Source of the DNA: a virus
Taxonomy: Duplodnaviria > Caudoviricetes
Length of the DNA: 30,051 nucleotides
Reading direction: 5' to 3' (one strand)
Virus record (IMG/VR): IMGVR_UViG_3300011337_000119
Coordinates: 1 to 30,051 of that record
Below the pieces are notes generated by a model, which was not told where the DNA came from, ran no database searches, and was given only the letters and a program-made list of their open reading frames with translations. Both the position numbers and the translations under genes were made by a program. Every line of letters starts with the position of its first letter. The first letter of the stretch is position 1. Below are positions 14,203-24,885 of the stretch, one piece after another.

Positions 14203-17200
14203 TTATTTATTTATTAATGCTTTTAATTCTTCTATTTGTTCCTGTTGTTCTTGGATAGCTTTTACTAACATTGGTATTAATACACTTGTTTTAATGCTTT
14301 TCATACCACTTTTATTATCAATATCTATCATATTAGGGAATACTTCCTCCAATTCTTGAGCAATAAAACCTATTTGCTTTGTTTTATTTTCGTCTGCAAT
14401 TAGATTAAAGTTTTTAACTTTTAATTTTAATATATCGTCAAGTTTAGATGTTGCATTAGTAATATTTTCTTTTAATGCAATATCTGATAATGTACCATAA
14501 CTATTATTTACATTTACAATATTACCATTGCCATAAACAAACATAGTATTTGTAGTAACAGAAGAACCATTACCACTTTGAGCAACATAAGCATACCAAG
14601 AAGTAGAACCAACAGCCACACTTGATGCTTGAAATATAGGTGCAGTTGTTCCATTTGGTGTACGACCTTGAACTGCTGTTTTATTTGTTGCATCAGATAC
14701 AGAAACAAATTTTCCAGAATCACTTGTAGTACCTACAAAAACATCACCCCCACTTGTTATTCTCATTCTTTCGGTACGAGTTGTTCCTGTACCATTGTAA
14801 AAACCAATATTTTCAGCTGACTGAATTTCAAGCATTCCACTACTAATACCTAATCCATAAATATCGCCAGAGACACCATTATCAAAAGCTGCAAGTTTAA
14901 CATTTGCAGATAAACCAGCAGTTGCACCAAATGCAGCACCTAAACTTAATAATCTACTCGGACTACTCGTTCCGATTCCTACGTTGCCAGATGGGCTAAT
15001 ATATAATCTATATGTGTCTATTCCTCCAGTTTGTGTAGAAGATTGTAAAATTGCAAAATCTCCAAACGCAAGTTCATCATTTGTCATTGCCCAAGTCCTA
15101 CTTGCAGTACTTGCTGAACTATATGGAATATAAAAACCACCAGCCCTAAATGCACCAGAGCCAGATGTAATTTTATTACCAGCCGTTAAACTTGTAGTAA
15201 ACGTTGCATTTCTATTAGATTCTATTGTCAATGCAACACCAGCACCAGTTCTAAATACTAAGTTAGCACTTGAACTTGGAGCAGTAATAGTATTACTTAT
15301 GCTTGACCAGTTACTTCTATCTTGATTCCAAAATCTTAATCCGTTGTCAGCACTATATGATAAGCTAATCTCACCTCTAACATCAAGTTTAGTATCAGGA
15401 ATAGTTGTACCGATTCCTAAATCACCAGCAGATGTTAATTTCATCTTTATTGATGTAGATGAACCAGTAGCAAACAAAATGGAAAAATTCTTTTGGTTAG
15501 CTATTACAAAATCTCCAACTACTGAACCATTTACAAAGTTATTAACCGCAGTTGTTAAACCAGCTACTGCAACATAATTAGGAGTAGTTAATACATCTGC
15601 ATATACTACCGCTGGTGCAGCACCAGTTACTTTAAATTGATTTGCTTCTGTTGCAGAATAAATTGTTAAACTTGAATTAATATTTGTTGAAGTACCAATC
15701 CCTATGTTTCCAGTTGATGTAACTCTTAATCTCTCAGTATTTGCCGTACCTAAGATTAAATCACCACCATTCATTGTACCTATTGCAAAGTTTGATGCAA
15801 AGTTACTAAAGAAGGTAGCTAAGTTTGATCTTGATAAACCAAAGTCAGTACCAGTTGTACTTGTTGAATATTGTCTAAAATATGAAGTCGAAGCCGATGC
15901 TGCGTTTCTTACCGCTATTTCAGAGTAAGAAGTAGAACCATCTGTTTGAAGCAATAAACTTGCAGCGTTCTCTGCATTGTAAACGTGCAATGGTGCTAAA
16001 ACAGTTGAAGGATTACCAATACCTACATATCCGTTTGCACTATTAACTCTTAAATTCTCTGCTCCTATTGTAATAATATAGAAATCTCCTTCAGAGGACA
16101 TAGATAATGAACCCTCATTGTTTCTTAAAACGGCATTAGTATTAGATGATAAAAACAATCTAACACCATCTGTACTTGATACTCCAGATGCTGCCGTATG
16201 TAGCCATAATGAACTTATACTACTATTATAAATGTCTATTCCTGTATTAGGAGTTAAAATTCCAACACCTAAATTACCAGCTTCAGTAAGTGAAATAAAC
16301 CCAGCATAATTATACAAAGTTAGATTTCTCGATGGCGCAGTTCCAATTCTTACAGTTTCTATTGTGTTTCCATAAACCGAACTCGTTGCAAAACCTATTC
16401 CACTATAATTTGTATCAGAGTTTTTAAGCAATAATGAATAATTACTATCTGTTGGAGAATTAGCACCTATTGTTGCGTTTGGACTTACAGTATTAACACC
16501 TAATCTATTTGCACCTGATTCGTATATAAAACCACTATCAGATGTGATGCCTGAAGTACCACTATAATAAGCTACTCTGCCATCTGCGCCTCCACCTGTT
16601 ATTGTACCAACCGAATAACTAATGTTAGCAGATAAATCTTGTGTAGTTCCGTTGATAGTAATTGTTCTTGACGTAGGTACATATCCACTTAAAGCCGAAG
16701 GCACAACGTAATCAGTTCCAGCAACGGCAGCAACCAATGTACCACTTGCATTTGTTTTTAATAAAGAAGATAATACTGATGATTGAGTGATAGCACCATT
16801 AACAGTTAGTAAAGATGTTAATGTTGTTGGGTTTCCGATTCCTACAAATCCATTAGCACTATTTACTCGTATGTTTTCAGCACCTAAAGTAATAACTTGA
16901 AAGTCGCCTTCAGAACTCATACTTAATCCACCATCAAAGTTCCTTAAATTACCATTTCCACTTGTAAATAAAGCCAATCTAACTCCGTGAGTAGCACCAA
17001 GACCAGAAGTGTTGTTATGAAGCCACAATTGCGCATTAGTGCTATTGTAGATGTCGACACCTGTACTTGGCGTTAATAAACCTACTCCCAAGTTGCCAGA
17101 CTCCGTTAAAGAAATAAAACCAGCATAGTTGTATAAGGTTAGATTCCTTGACGGAGCAGCACCTACTCTATCAGCAGTAATCATATTGCCGTATGTCGAA

Positions 17201-18267
17201 TCGGTAGCAAAACCTATTGAGTTATAGTTTGCGTTATCGTTTTTAAGTAATAAAGAATAACCGCTATCAAGCGCAGCGTTTGCACCAATCGTTGCATTTG
17301 GAACTGTTGTATTAACACCAAGTCTATTAGTTGAAGCATCGTAATTAAACGAGTTTTCACTTGTTATACTTGATGCACTATCAAAATAAGCTACATTTCC
17401 ACTTGCTCCCAATCCTGTGATTGGATTAGTTAAAGCGTTTTGCTTGTTATTGAAAGTTGACCAATCGGTAGAACTTAGTTTACCAGTATTTGTAGCCGAT
17501 GCCACTGGTAGGTTAAAAGTATGCGTATCGCCACTTGAAGCAATACTAAAGTTAGTTCCGCTTGTTCCTGTGGTTAAGAATTGTGATTGATCTGTTAAGT
17601 TATTCAAAGAAACCATTCCCTTAGATAAGGTCGTTACCACTTGACATAAATGGCTATTCTCGGTATGTAAAGTAACTGTTCTACCATCTACGTTTACATA
17701 GATTCTAATCGCTAATCTATCCGTTAAAGCTAAAGAACTTGTAGGAACAGGAATAGCGAAATAATAAGGTGCAATGATAGTGCCTTGATTAATATACTCT
17801 GGAACTCCAACGCTTGAACCTAATAAGGTAAATGTTGTACCATCGTACTTGTAAAGTTCTGCATAAGTAAAAGGATTTCCTGTGTTGTTATTTACGCTAA
17901 AATAGAACTCACAATTAAAGTTACCGCCAGGAACTATTGTTACATCAGGGTCATTAGCATCGGTAATATAACTCGCCACATATCCGTTTGATGAAATAGC
18001 AATATCAGTTCCAGTACCTATGATTGGGTCTTTACTTAACTCTCTATAAGCTACCCCACCGATTGTGCCTTGACTCACACTTGAATTTAGATAGTAAGAA
18101 ACCGAACTACCACCACCTGTTGATGTTGGAAAGTCAGCTAATGTACCATCACCCCTTACATATTGAGAAGCAGCACCATCTAAAGCGGTTATTACACCAT
18201 CATTAGCCACTACTGGACCTTGTATATCCCTAATCTTTGCTTCGCCTGTAACTTGTAATTGACTCAT
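14203..18267 (-). CDS. Long tail fibre with C-terminal peptidase S74 intramolecular chaperone
   Basis: Repeated GNxGIGT motifs; SDIALKENI...GFIAQELEEVFP...LIPMLVKAIQE coiled coil. Confidence 0.9.
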   Translation of the reverse strand: MSQLQVTGEAKIRDIQGPVVANDGVITALDGAASQYVRGDGTLADFPTSTGGGSSVSYYLNSSVSQGTIGGVAYRELSKDPIIGTGTDIAISSNGYVASYITDANDPDVTIVPGGNFNCEFYFSVNNNTGNPFTYAELYKYDGTTFTLLGSSVGVPEYINQGTIIAPYYFAIPVPTSSLALTDRLAIRIYVNVDGRTVTLHTENSHLCQVVTTLSKGMVSLNNLTDQSQFLTTGTSGTNFSIASSGDTHTFNLPVASATNTGKLSSTDWSTFNNKQNALTNPITGLGASGNVAYFDSASSITSENSFNYDASTNRLGVNTTVPNATIGANAALDSGYSLLLKNDNANYNSIGFATDSTYGNMITADRVGAAPSRNLTLYNYAGFISLTESGNLGVGLLTPSTGVDIYNSTNAQLWLHNNTSGLGATHGVRLALFTSGNGNLRNFDGGLSMSSEGDFQVITLGAENIRVNSANGFVGIGNPTTLTSLLTVNGAITQSSVLSSLLKTNASGTLVAAVAGTDYVVPSALSGYVPTSRTITINGTTQDLSANISYSVGTITGGGADGRVAYYSGTSGITSDSGFIYESGANRLGVNTVSPNATIGANSPTDSNYSLLLKNSDTNYSGIGFATSSVYGNTIETVRIGTAPSRNLTLYNYAGFISLTEAGNLGVGILTPNTGIDIYNSSISSLWLHTAASGVSSTDGVRLFLSSNTNAVLRNNEGSLSMSSEGDFYIITIGAENLRVNSANGYVGIGNPSTVLAPLHVYNAENAASLLLQTDGSTSYSEIAVRNAASASTSYFRQYSTSTTGTDFGLSRSNLATFFSNFASNFAIGTMNGGDLILGTANTERLRVTSTGNIGIGTSTNINSSLTIYSATEANQFKVTGAAPAVVYADVLTTPNYVAVAGLTTAVNNFVNGSVVGDFVIANQKNFSILFATGSSTSIKMKLTSAGDLGIGTTIPDTKLDVRGEISLSYSADNGLRFWNQDRSNWSSISNTITAPSSSANLVFRTGAGVALTIESNRNATFTTSLTAGNKITSGSGAFRAGGFYIPYSSASTASRTWAMTNDELAFGDFAILQSSTQTGGIDTYRLYISPSGNVGIGTSSPSRLLSLGAAFGATAGLSANVKLAAFDNGVSGDIYGLGISSGMLEIQSAENIGFYNGTGTTRTERMRITSGGDVFVGTTSDSGKFVSVSDATNKTAVQGRTPNGTTAPIFQASSVAVGSTSWYAYVAQSGNGSSVTTNTMFVYGNGNIVNVNNSYGTLSDIALKENITNATSKLDDILKLKVKNFNLIADENKTKQIGFIAQELEEVFPNMIDIDNKSGMKSIKTSVLIPMLVKAIQEQQEQIEELKALINK

Positions 18268-18273
18268 AATTTT

Positions 18274-18966
18274 TTATTGAAATAATCCTCTAATATATTC
18301 CCCAGCTGCTAATGGTCTACCAAAAGTAAGAACCCCAGTCGCACTTATAAACTTAACATCATCGCCTGTTGGAGTTCCACTTATTAAAATGTTTTGTGCA
18401 TCTACACCACCTCTTGAAACGTAAAGACAAGAATACCCAATTGTGTCCGCAAATGTAATTGAAGTTTCGCCACCACTTGCCGTGTAACCTTTTGTCTTTA
18501 CTGGGTTAGCACCTACGATAATAACTCCGCTTGGGTCAACCTCTGTTCCTGTTGTATTGTATGCTCCGCTACCTTGTAGGCTTACATTGTAAGTAGCCAC
18601 GTCTTTATAAGGTGCGTTTATTGATAAACTTGAAATATTACAAATTCCGTTAATAATTGTTAATCCATCAACTCCATTATCCACTACGAACTTAATCTCT
18701 ATTGGCTCTCTTGACAATTGCTTGTCTAACATAAACAAATAAGAAAAACCACTCAAAGTAATCAACCCATCACAGGTTACATTCCAAGTAGCTACATCGT
18801 TCTTATATTCCCTAAACCAAGCACTTGTTTGGCTTGTTACCTCTTTTTGATCTACGTTTACATTAAAAGTACAATTTGTACTGCAAGCAAATGCAACATC
18901 TACCTCTGGGTCTACATCTGTTCTATGCCAATAAAGCATTACGTTTTTTCCAATTACTGCTGCCAT
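18274..18966 (-). CDS. Second tail-tube-like protein with C-terminal extension
   Basis: ACSTNCTFNVNVDQKEVTS...WNVTCDGL...ISSLSINAP...ATYNVSLQGSG tube pattern; TAAATTTG at 18971..18978. Confidence 0.7.
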   Translation of the reverse strand: MAAVIGKNVMLYWHRTDVDPEVDVAFACSTNCTFNVNVDQKEVTSQTSAWFREYKNDVATWNVTCDGLITLSGFSYLFMLDKQLSREPIEIKFVVDNGVDGLTIINGICNISSLSINAPYKDVATYNVSLQGSGAYNTTGTEVDPSGVIIVGANPVKTKGYTASGGETSITFADTIGYSCLYVSRGGVDAQNILISGTPTGDDVKFISATGVLTFGRPLAAGEYIRGLFQ

Positions 18967-18975
18967 ATTACAAAT

Positions 18976-20943
18976 TTACGCATTATTAAAATATCTTTTT
19001 GGAGTTTCTATGGTAACATCCCCAATATAATCAACAGTAGCAGTTGAATCATTATCAACCATTGTAATCTCTAAAAGTTGTATTTGACTTGTTTCATCCA
19101 TATAAGGATTAGATGTCAGCCTATTTATCAAAAACTTTTTGTTATTATAAGACAAAGCGTTTGTGCTTGAATCTTGAATGGTATATGTTTTATCAAGATA
19201 TATAAACCCATTAGTGCCTGTTATTGCACCTAAATCTCCTTCTAAAGTGGCAATATTTTTGCTTAATAAGTTTGAATATTGACGCATAATTAATTCAGCC
19301 AACATTCTATAATCTTCTGGTGGATAACCATATCTATACCAATCAGTTAAAAACACACCTGAAGAATTAAATAATAAACCTACATTATTTCTTATTGGTG
19401 ATGCTCCTTGTTCTGGATATACTGCACTATAAGGAATGTCAATATCAGTTGCTATTTGTGAAGTAGAACCAATATTTCTTGTTAAAACAACTTCTTTGAT
19501 GGAAGCATCTCCTTGTGTTAATTTTACATTTTTAATATAACCACCTGTTGCACCATTAGTAGCTTCAAATTTAACACCTATTAAACCTTCAATAGTTAAA
19601 GCTAATGCTTGTGAATACCCCATTGGTATATCAATAGTACTTGTGATATAAGTATTAAATGTATTATAAGTAATATCTATATGATTTACTGAAGTTGACC
19701 AAACATTATTATCTCTTAAATAATAAGTAACACCACCAATAAAAGCAGTTATATAAACTCTTATTTTATCGCCAGCATTTGCTCCTTGTAATTCAAAAGA
19801 TAATGTAGCATTTGTGCCATACATTTTTGGCAAATATTCATAAGCCGTTGGTAATGCAAAATAATTTTGAATATAAGCATTAGTGCTTCCACCTAAATAA
19901 AAGATTTCATATCTATTTGATTGATCTTCATTTAATACAACTAAAGTTGCTCTTGATGGTGCAACCTCAAATTCACTCCACCCATTTGCTCTTAATGAAG
20001 AACCAGAACCTGTTGTGTATTTAAAAGTTCCATTGTATATGTAATTTGACGCATATTCATACGGCAAAGTTGATTGAATAGTAGGGTAACCCTTTCTAAC
20101 TATTTTAGTTTGGTTATTATTAATAAAATGAACATTGCCATCTTGATAAGGTTGAATGTTTATTGTGTTTGTTAAAATACCATTACCACTTACACTTGGG
20201 ACATCATCAACAACATATCTTGTATAGTATATTGTTTCAGCTTGTTGATTCATTGGTAAAATATACCAATCCCCATTAGCTTGGAATAATCTGCAACCAA
20301 AAGTCTTAATTATATTTTCTAAAATTGTATAATAATCTAACTTATAAAAATCTCTTTTATATTGATATGTTTGGCTAAATGGTTCATCTGCACCAGCATC
20401 ACCTCTATCAAACATTCCATCAGCATAATAAGAGCAACAAGCATAAATAAATATCATATCGTCAAACGGCAAGGCATTTAAACAAGTTCCTATAATATCA
20501 ATTAATTTAATTAATGAATTTACGTTTACATCTCCATCATAATAAATGTATCTAAGAAATGATAAACCATCAATACAATTAATGCTGACCTCTTGATTGC
20601 CTGTTGTGAATGGAACTTGAATATAGTCATTAAGTAAAAAACCTCTCCATTTAATGTTGTTATCAATAACTAACTCAACGTAATACTTTGTTTCATCAAA
20701 GTTTAATAAATCAGGAAAATTATCGTAATCTTCTTGATTTGAAATAATAAAAGATACATTTAATTGAGAAGATATAATAATCGCAATTGGGTCTTCATTT
20801 GCTGCATTTGGAACTAAAGAAACGTTTGTTCCTATATATGGAGTAACAATTGCACCGACATAGCTTTTTTCGTATATCTTAACAATTAATGATGTTTCAT
20901 CTCTAAGTTCTTGCGTTATTGTATATCTTAATCCGTATGCCAT
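18976..20943 (-). CDS. Tail tip/hub protein
   Basis: 655 aa directly after the tape measure gene; function inferred from position. Confidence 0.65.
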   Translation of the reverse strand: MAYGLRYTITQELRDETSLIVKIYEKSYVGAIVTPYIGTNVSLVPNAANEDPIAIIISSQLNVSFIISNQEDYDNFPDLLNFDETKYYVELVIDNNIKWRGFLLNDYIQVPFTTGNQEVSINCIDGLSFLRYIYYDGDVNVNSLIKLIDIIGTCLNALPFDDMIFIYACCSYYADGMFDRGDAGADEPFSQTYQYKRDFYKLDYYTILENIIKTFGCRLFQANGDWYILPMNQQAETIYYTRYVVDDVPSVSGNGILTNTINIQPYQDGNVHFINNNQTKIVRKGYPTIQSTLPYEYASNYIYNGTFKYTTGSGSSLRANGWSEFEVAPSRATLVVLNEDQSNRYEIFYLGGSTNAYIQNYFALPTAYEYLPKMYGTNATLSFELQGANAGDKIRVYITAFIGGVTYYLRDNNVWSTSVNHIDITYNTFNTYITSTIDIPMGYSQALALTIEGLIGVKFEATNGATGGYIKNVKLTQGDASIKEVVLTRNIGSTSQIATDIDIPYSAVYPEQGASPIRNNVGLLFNSSGVFLTDWYRYGYPPEDYRMLAELIMRQYSNLLSKNIATLEGDLGAITGTNGFIYLDKTYTIQDSSTNALSYNNKKFLINRLTSNPYMDETSQIQLLEITMVDNDSTATVDYIGDVTIETPKRYFNNA

Positions 20944-22478
20944 TATGCTAAACTAATGTTTTGTCCTTTAAGATTAGATGCCTTTTGCGCTCTATTTGTA
21001 GCCAATAATAAATCTTGCCCTCGTAATACAAATGCACCACCACCATCACCACTTGCACCACTTGGTACAAAGTTTGTAAATCCACCTCCACTACCACCCA
21101 TAGTTGGCAATCCTAATGCAGTCATCACTGCTTTAAATATTAAAGCCTTAACAATCATTGTAGTCAATTGAATAATTATTTGCTTAAATGATTCTTCTAA
21201 TGCCTTACCTATGTTTTCTCCATTTGCCATAGCTTGAAACATAGCTTCAAATGCTGGAGTAACTGTATCGGTAATTCCATTAGCTAATTGCAATTGTGCA
21301 TTGTATGCTTTTAATGCAGCTTCATTTTTAAATATTTGTTCAGCCGTATATTGTTGAGCAAACATTGGTAAATCCTTGCTTAACTTATTAGGTGTTGAAG
21401 GTGTTTTAATTTCATTTTCGGTTTGTATTATTTGAGTTGTACTAACCTTTAAAACTCTTGCTTGTTTACCTAATTTTTCAATACTTTTAGTTGCTTTGTC
21501 AGTTGCAGTTGTTGTTTCATTTGCACCTTTAACAAAATTAAAAAATGGATTATTAGATGCACTTACATATAAATTATTTACTTCCGTTCTTAATCCTATA
21601 ATTCCACTTCTTAGTGCTAATGCCTCGTTTCTTGCTTCTATATTAGCATCCTTTGCTTTACTAATTGCACTTGCTTGATAAACGGAAGCATCTGCATATC
21701 CATTAATAGCCAATTTAGTTGACTCTAATGTTGCATAATATTCCCTTCCTGTTTGTATTATTTTTTTATTTGCTTCAGCTAAAGCAATAGTCTTATTAGC
21801 TATTTCATCAATATATCTTGTTGTGATAGCTTGTGCAACTAATGCTTGTGTATATAGATCAACCGCACCTCTTGCTTGGTCAACAGTTGTAATTGTTGAA
21901 GCGTATGCTTTATTTACTTTACTTAATTCAGTTATTACCGCCTTAAACGCTTCCGCCCTTCTTTCCTCACTTACATTTGCATTTTGACTTATTGCTAAAT
22001 ATGCTTGTAATCTTATTCCTGTTTCACTTGCTTCGGCTCTTGCATCTCTTAAACTTTGTGCAAATTTTTCTTCTGCTTTTGCAGCTTCAGTTGTACCACT
22101 TATAAAATCAGCTATTTTAGGACCAAATGCAACTATGATAGATGAAACCGCACCCAAAGCTAAACCGATACCAGCTGGACCCATTAAACCACCAGCCATT
22201 GCTTTTAAAGCAGCACCAGAGCCACCAGCCTCTTTACTTAACCTCTGAAACGATTCAAGTAAAGGATTTAAGTTATTCGCAATACCTATAAATCCATAAG
22301 GAGCATCTTGTGCAACCCTTGATAAGTTTGTTAAAGCATTTGTTGCTTGGTTACTTGTACTTGGCAACGTTTTAAATGCAGTACCTAACTTGGTAGTTGC
22401 GGTAACTGTTTCTTGTATATTTTTAACCGCTTGTTGATTGTCTGCGGTTATCGTAATTTTTAACGTTTCTTGTGCCAT
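20943..22478 (-). CDS. Tape measure protein
   Basis: Ala-rich helical protein, QDAPYGFIGIANNL; follows the chaperone frameshift pair. Confidence 0.85.
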   Translation of the reverse strand: MAQETLKITITADNQQAVKNIQETVTATTKLGTAFKTLPSTSNQATNALTNLSRVAQDAPYGFIGIANNLNPLLESFQRLSKEAGGSGAALKAMAGGLMGPAGIGLALGAVSSIIVAFGPKIADFISGTTEAAKAEEKFAQSLRDARAEASETGIRLQAYLAISQNANVSEERRAEAFKAVITELSKVNKAYASTITTVDQARGAVDLYTQALVAQAITTRYIDEIANKTIALAEANKKIIQTGREYYATLESTKLAINGYADASVYQASAISKAKDANIEARNEALALRSGIIGLRTEVNNLYVSASNNPFFNFVKGANETTTATDKATKSIEKLGKQARVLKVSTTQIIQTENEIKTPSTPNKLSKDLPMFAQQYTAEQIFKNEAALKAYNAQLQLANGITDTVTPAFEAMFQAMANGENIGKALEESFKQIIIQLTTMIVKALIFKAVMTALGLPTMGGSGGGFTNFVPSGASGDGGGAFVLRGQDLLLATNRAQKASNLKGQNISLA

Positions 22479-22482
22479 TTTA

Positions 22483-22790
22483 TTATTTTACTCCATACAA
22501 CTTTAATGTTCTTGCCAATTGCTCTTGGGTTAGTTTTGGCTTATCTTCTTCTTGTTCATCACTTGGTAAAGGGAAAAATGATTTTAAACTCTTTGGACTT
22601 TTCTCACTTGTATTTACTTTATAAATCAAATAAGCCACCATCCTTGTCCTTTCCCATTCCCTCACTTCTTTATTTTGATAAGCCGTTTTATATAATAAAA
22701 ATTCTCGCCACGTCAATTGCCAAAACTCGTTAATCGTTAAGCCAACTTCAATAGCGAGAATAATTATTGAGTCCCAACTATAAAACCCTA
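22483..22790 (-). CDS. Tail assembly chaperone GT part, -1 frameshift product
   Basis: -1 frame from the A10 run reads LGFYSWDSIIILAIEVGLTINEFWQLTWREF... into ORF 22483..22716. Confidence 0.8.
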
Positions 22791-23141
22791 ATTTTTTTTT
22801 TCATCCGTGCCTTTCTCTGGCTTCAGTTCTGGAGTCATTGAGTCTTGCATATATTTCATAAACTCAACCAATTGTCCATCTTTTGCCGATAACCCACCAA
22901 CTTCATCTATCCATTCGCACACATCAAATTCATCAAAGTCAATAGGCTTTTTAAGGCTCTTGCATCCACTTTCTGCTGCTGCTTGAACAATATGAACGAT
23001 TGTATCTAAGTCATAAATCCCACCAGATAAAACCTCGATTAGCTCCATTAGATTTTTATTCTCTAATTCGCAAAACCTTTTCATTGCCCAAGTACCCCAC
23101 TTTAAGTGGATTGTGTTGTTGTTCGTCTTTAATTCGTACAT
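22788..23141 (-). CDS. Tail assembly chaperone G
   Basis: Between tube and tape measure genes; ends GAA AAA AAA AAT TAG. Confidence 0.8.
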   Translation of the reverse strand: MYELKTNNNTIHLKWGTWAMKRFCELENKNLMELIEVLSGGIYDLDTIVHIVQAAAESGCKSLKKPIDFDEFDVCEWIDEVGGLSAKDGQLVEFMKYMQDSMTPELKPEKGTDEKKN

Positions 23142-23154
23142 AGTTTTTTATTTA

Positions 23155-23604
23155 TTATACAGTTTCAGTTTGTGCAATAGGTGGTACACTTACTACGAAA
23201 GTTGCAGTAAATTTAACATCATCCTTATCATCAGCAGTTACACCGAAATCGCTAATAAACACTAAAGAACCAGCACCACCATAAGTAATATCGCCAGCAG
23301 TAGGAGTTGCTTTACCCATTTTTATAGCGAATAAAGTTTTAGCAGCGTGAGCAGCATATAATTGTTGGTAAGAATCTTTGCTTGGTGTTCCTGTTTCATC
23401 AATCGCAAAACCTTCGCAATCAAAAGATTGAGAAAAAGAAGGAGCTGGAGTGTACTCGTTGCCACACTTAGACGTTGCATCTATTGTGTCATTAGTTGAT
23501 GTTAAAGAGTTTGTAGTCAAACAAGCGACAGGCTTGAATGTACCATCATTGTTTATGTCAGCTAAGAGAATATAATCTCTACCGCTTACTTTTGTTTCTG
23601 CCAT
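23155..23604 (-). CDS. Major tail tube protein
   Basis: VSGRDYIL...ACLTTNSL...IDATSKC; canonical position. Confidence 0.8.
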   Translation of the reverse strand: MAETKVSGRDYILLADINNDGTFKPVACLTTNSLTSTNDTIDATSKCGNEYTPAPSFSQSFDCEGFAIDETGTPSKDSYQQLYAAHAAKTLFAIKMGKATPTAGDITYGGAGSLVFISDFGVTADDKDDVKFTATFVVSVPPIAQTETV

Positions 23605-23615
23605 TTTATTTAATT

Positions 23616-24023
23616 TTAAATTTGAGTTATTATTATGTTATAAGTTATCAATACTCTAAAAACGTTATCTAAAGGGTTTAAGCCGTCTAAGTTTCTTACA
23701 CTTTCAACACTTAAACTTGATGCCGTAAATCCGTTTGCCAATGTAATATTGGTGTCCGAATTGATTGCAGTCAAGACTAAGTCGCTTATAGTTTCAGCAC
23801 GTTTATAACCAAAGTTAGCATTTTTTGTAATAATATCAACATCGATGCTAATACTATTTGTGTAACCTTCTTTACCTTGATCTTGTGTTGATGTTCTACC
23901 TGTTAAAACAATATACTCATTACCAGCACCCTCTGGAGCAAAACCATCGTAAACAACTAATGAAGTTGCACTTGTTAAGTTGGTATAAAACCACTTTTTT
24001 ATCTCTATATTAGGATTTAACAT
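23616..24023 (-). CDS. Tail terminator-like protein
   Basis: VYDGFAP...YIVL pattern; position. Confidence 0.7.
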   Translation of the reverse strand: MLNPNIEIKKWFYTNLTSATSLVVYDGFAPEGAGNEYIVLTGRTSTQDQGKEGYTNSISIDVDIITKNANFGYKRAETISDLVLTAINSDTNITLANGFTASSLSVESVRNLDGLNPLDNVFRVLITYNIIITQI

Positions 24024-24543
24024 CTAACAATTTTTTTAGTCTTTGTATTAATTTTGGCTTCTCTGATTCATACGAAGGTATTAAAAAAGGTTGAGGACGC
24101 ATACCTTTTAGCAATATACTCCTTGCAATTACAAAAGCTAATCCTTTGTCATTTTTGCCATCTCCAATACCTTTACGCTTTACCCATAGAGTTAAAGCAT
24201 CAACAAAGTCTTTAAATTTACCGCCTTTTTTACCTTTAAATTGTGCTGCATAAGATGTAAAGTCAGATGGAACACTTACTTGTGGACCAGTACCAAATTC
24301 TACATAAGGCGAATAAGATGCCTTTGATTCAACTCCAAATGTTAATTGACCTTCTTGGACTAAAGCTATTTGATTTCTTAATTGACCAAAATTTACAGGA
24401 GCAAGTCTTTTAGCATCGGTTAATATCTTTAAGGCGGATGCATTTATTTCATCCCCTACATCTTGCTTTAATTTTCCGTCAATACTTTTTAAAGCATTTT
24501 GAATGTCTTTAAGTCCGTTTAAATTAACGCTAAACCCAGCCAT
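24010..24543 (-). CDS. HK97 gp10-like neck/tail completion protein
   Basis: AKRLAPV...YVEFGT...PQPFLIP. Confidence 0.85.
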   Translation of the reverse strand: MAGFSVNLNGLKDIQNALKSIDGKLKQDVGDEINASALKILTDAKRLAPVNFGQLRNQIALVQEGQLTFGVESKASYSPYVEFGTGPQVSVPSDFTSYAAQFKGKKGGKFKDFVDALTLWVKRKGIGDGKNDKGLAFVIARSILLKGMRPQPFLIPSYESEKPKLIQRLKKLLDVKS

Positions 24544-24884
24544 TACTTGTAAATTATTAACTCCAAGAACCTATTTTGGTTCTCTACGTTTTTAATAGAA
24601 TGTATCGTATATCTATCGCCTTCAACCTCTACCTCATACGAATCGTTGATAGTAACCCCATAACGCACATAAAGTACGCTTCTTTGGTCAAACTGCAATT
24701 CTGACTCCCCTACTGAACGAACTTGATTATCTGGTCTTAAATCACCCCAAATCGTGCCTTGTAGGGTAAATGTTGTAGTGTAGCCACCTTGACCATCACT
24801 TACCCTTGTGGATGAATAGACTTTAACCTCACGAGTCATCGTGTTGGCATCAATATAGTTTGCTTTTGCTTTACCTAACTTCAT
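24543..24884 (-). CDS. Head-tail adaptor (head closure)
   Basis: SDGQGG...W...YTIHSI pattern; position. Confidence 0.8.
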   Translation of the reverse strand: MKLGKAKANYIDANTMTREVKVYSSTRVSDGQGGYTTTFTLQGTIWGDLRPDNQVRSVGESELQFDQRSVLYVRYGVTINDSYEVEVEGDRYTIHSIKNVENQNRFLELIIYK

Positions 24885-24885
24885 A

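Noticed and set aside
14514-14723. Alternative-frame minus-strand ORF inside the fibre gene
   Set aside because: Fully nested, with composition typical of an off-frame reading
14203-18267. Diversity-generating retroelement acting on the fibre or on the terminal repeat
   Set aside because: No reverse transcriptase; differences between copies are synonymous-biased, not adenine-specific
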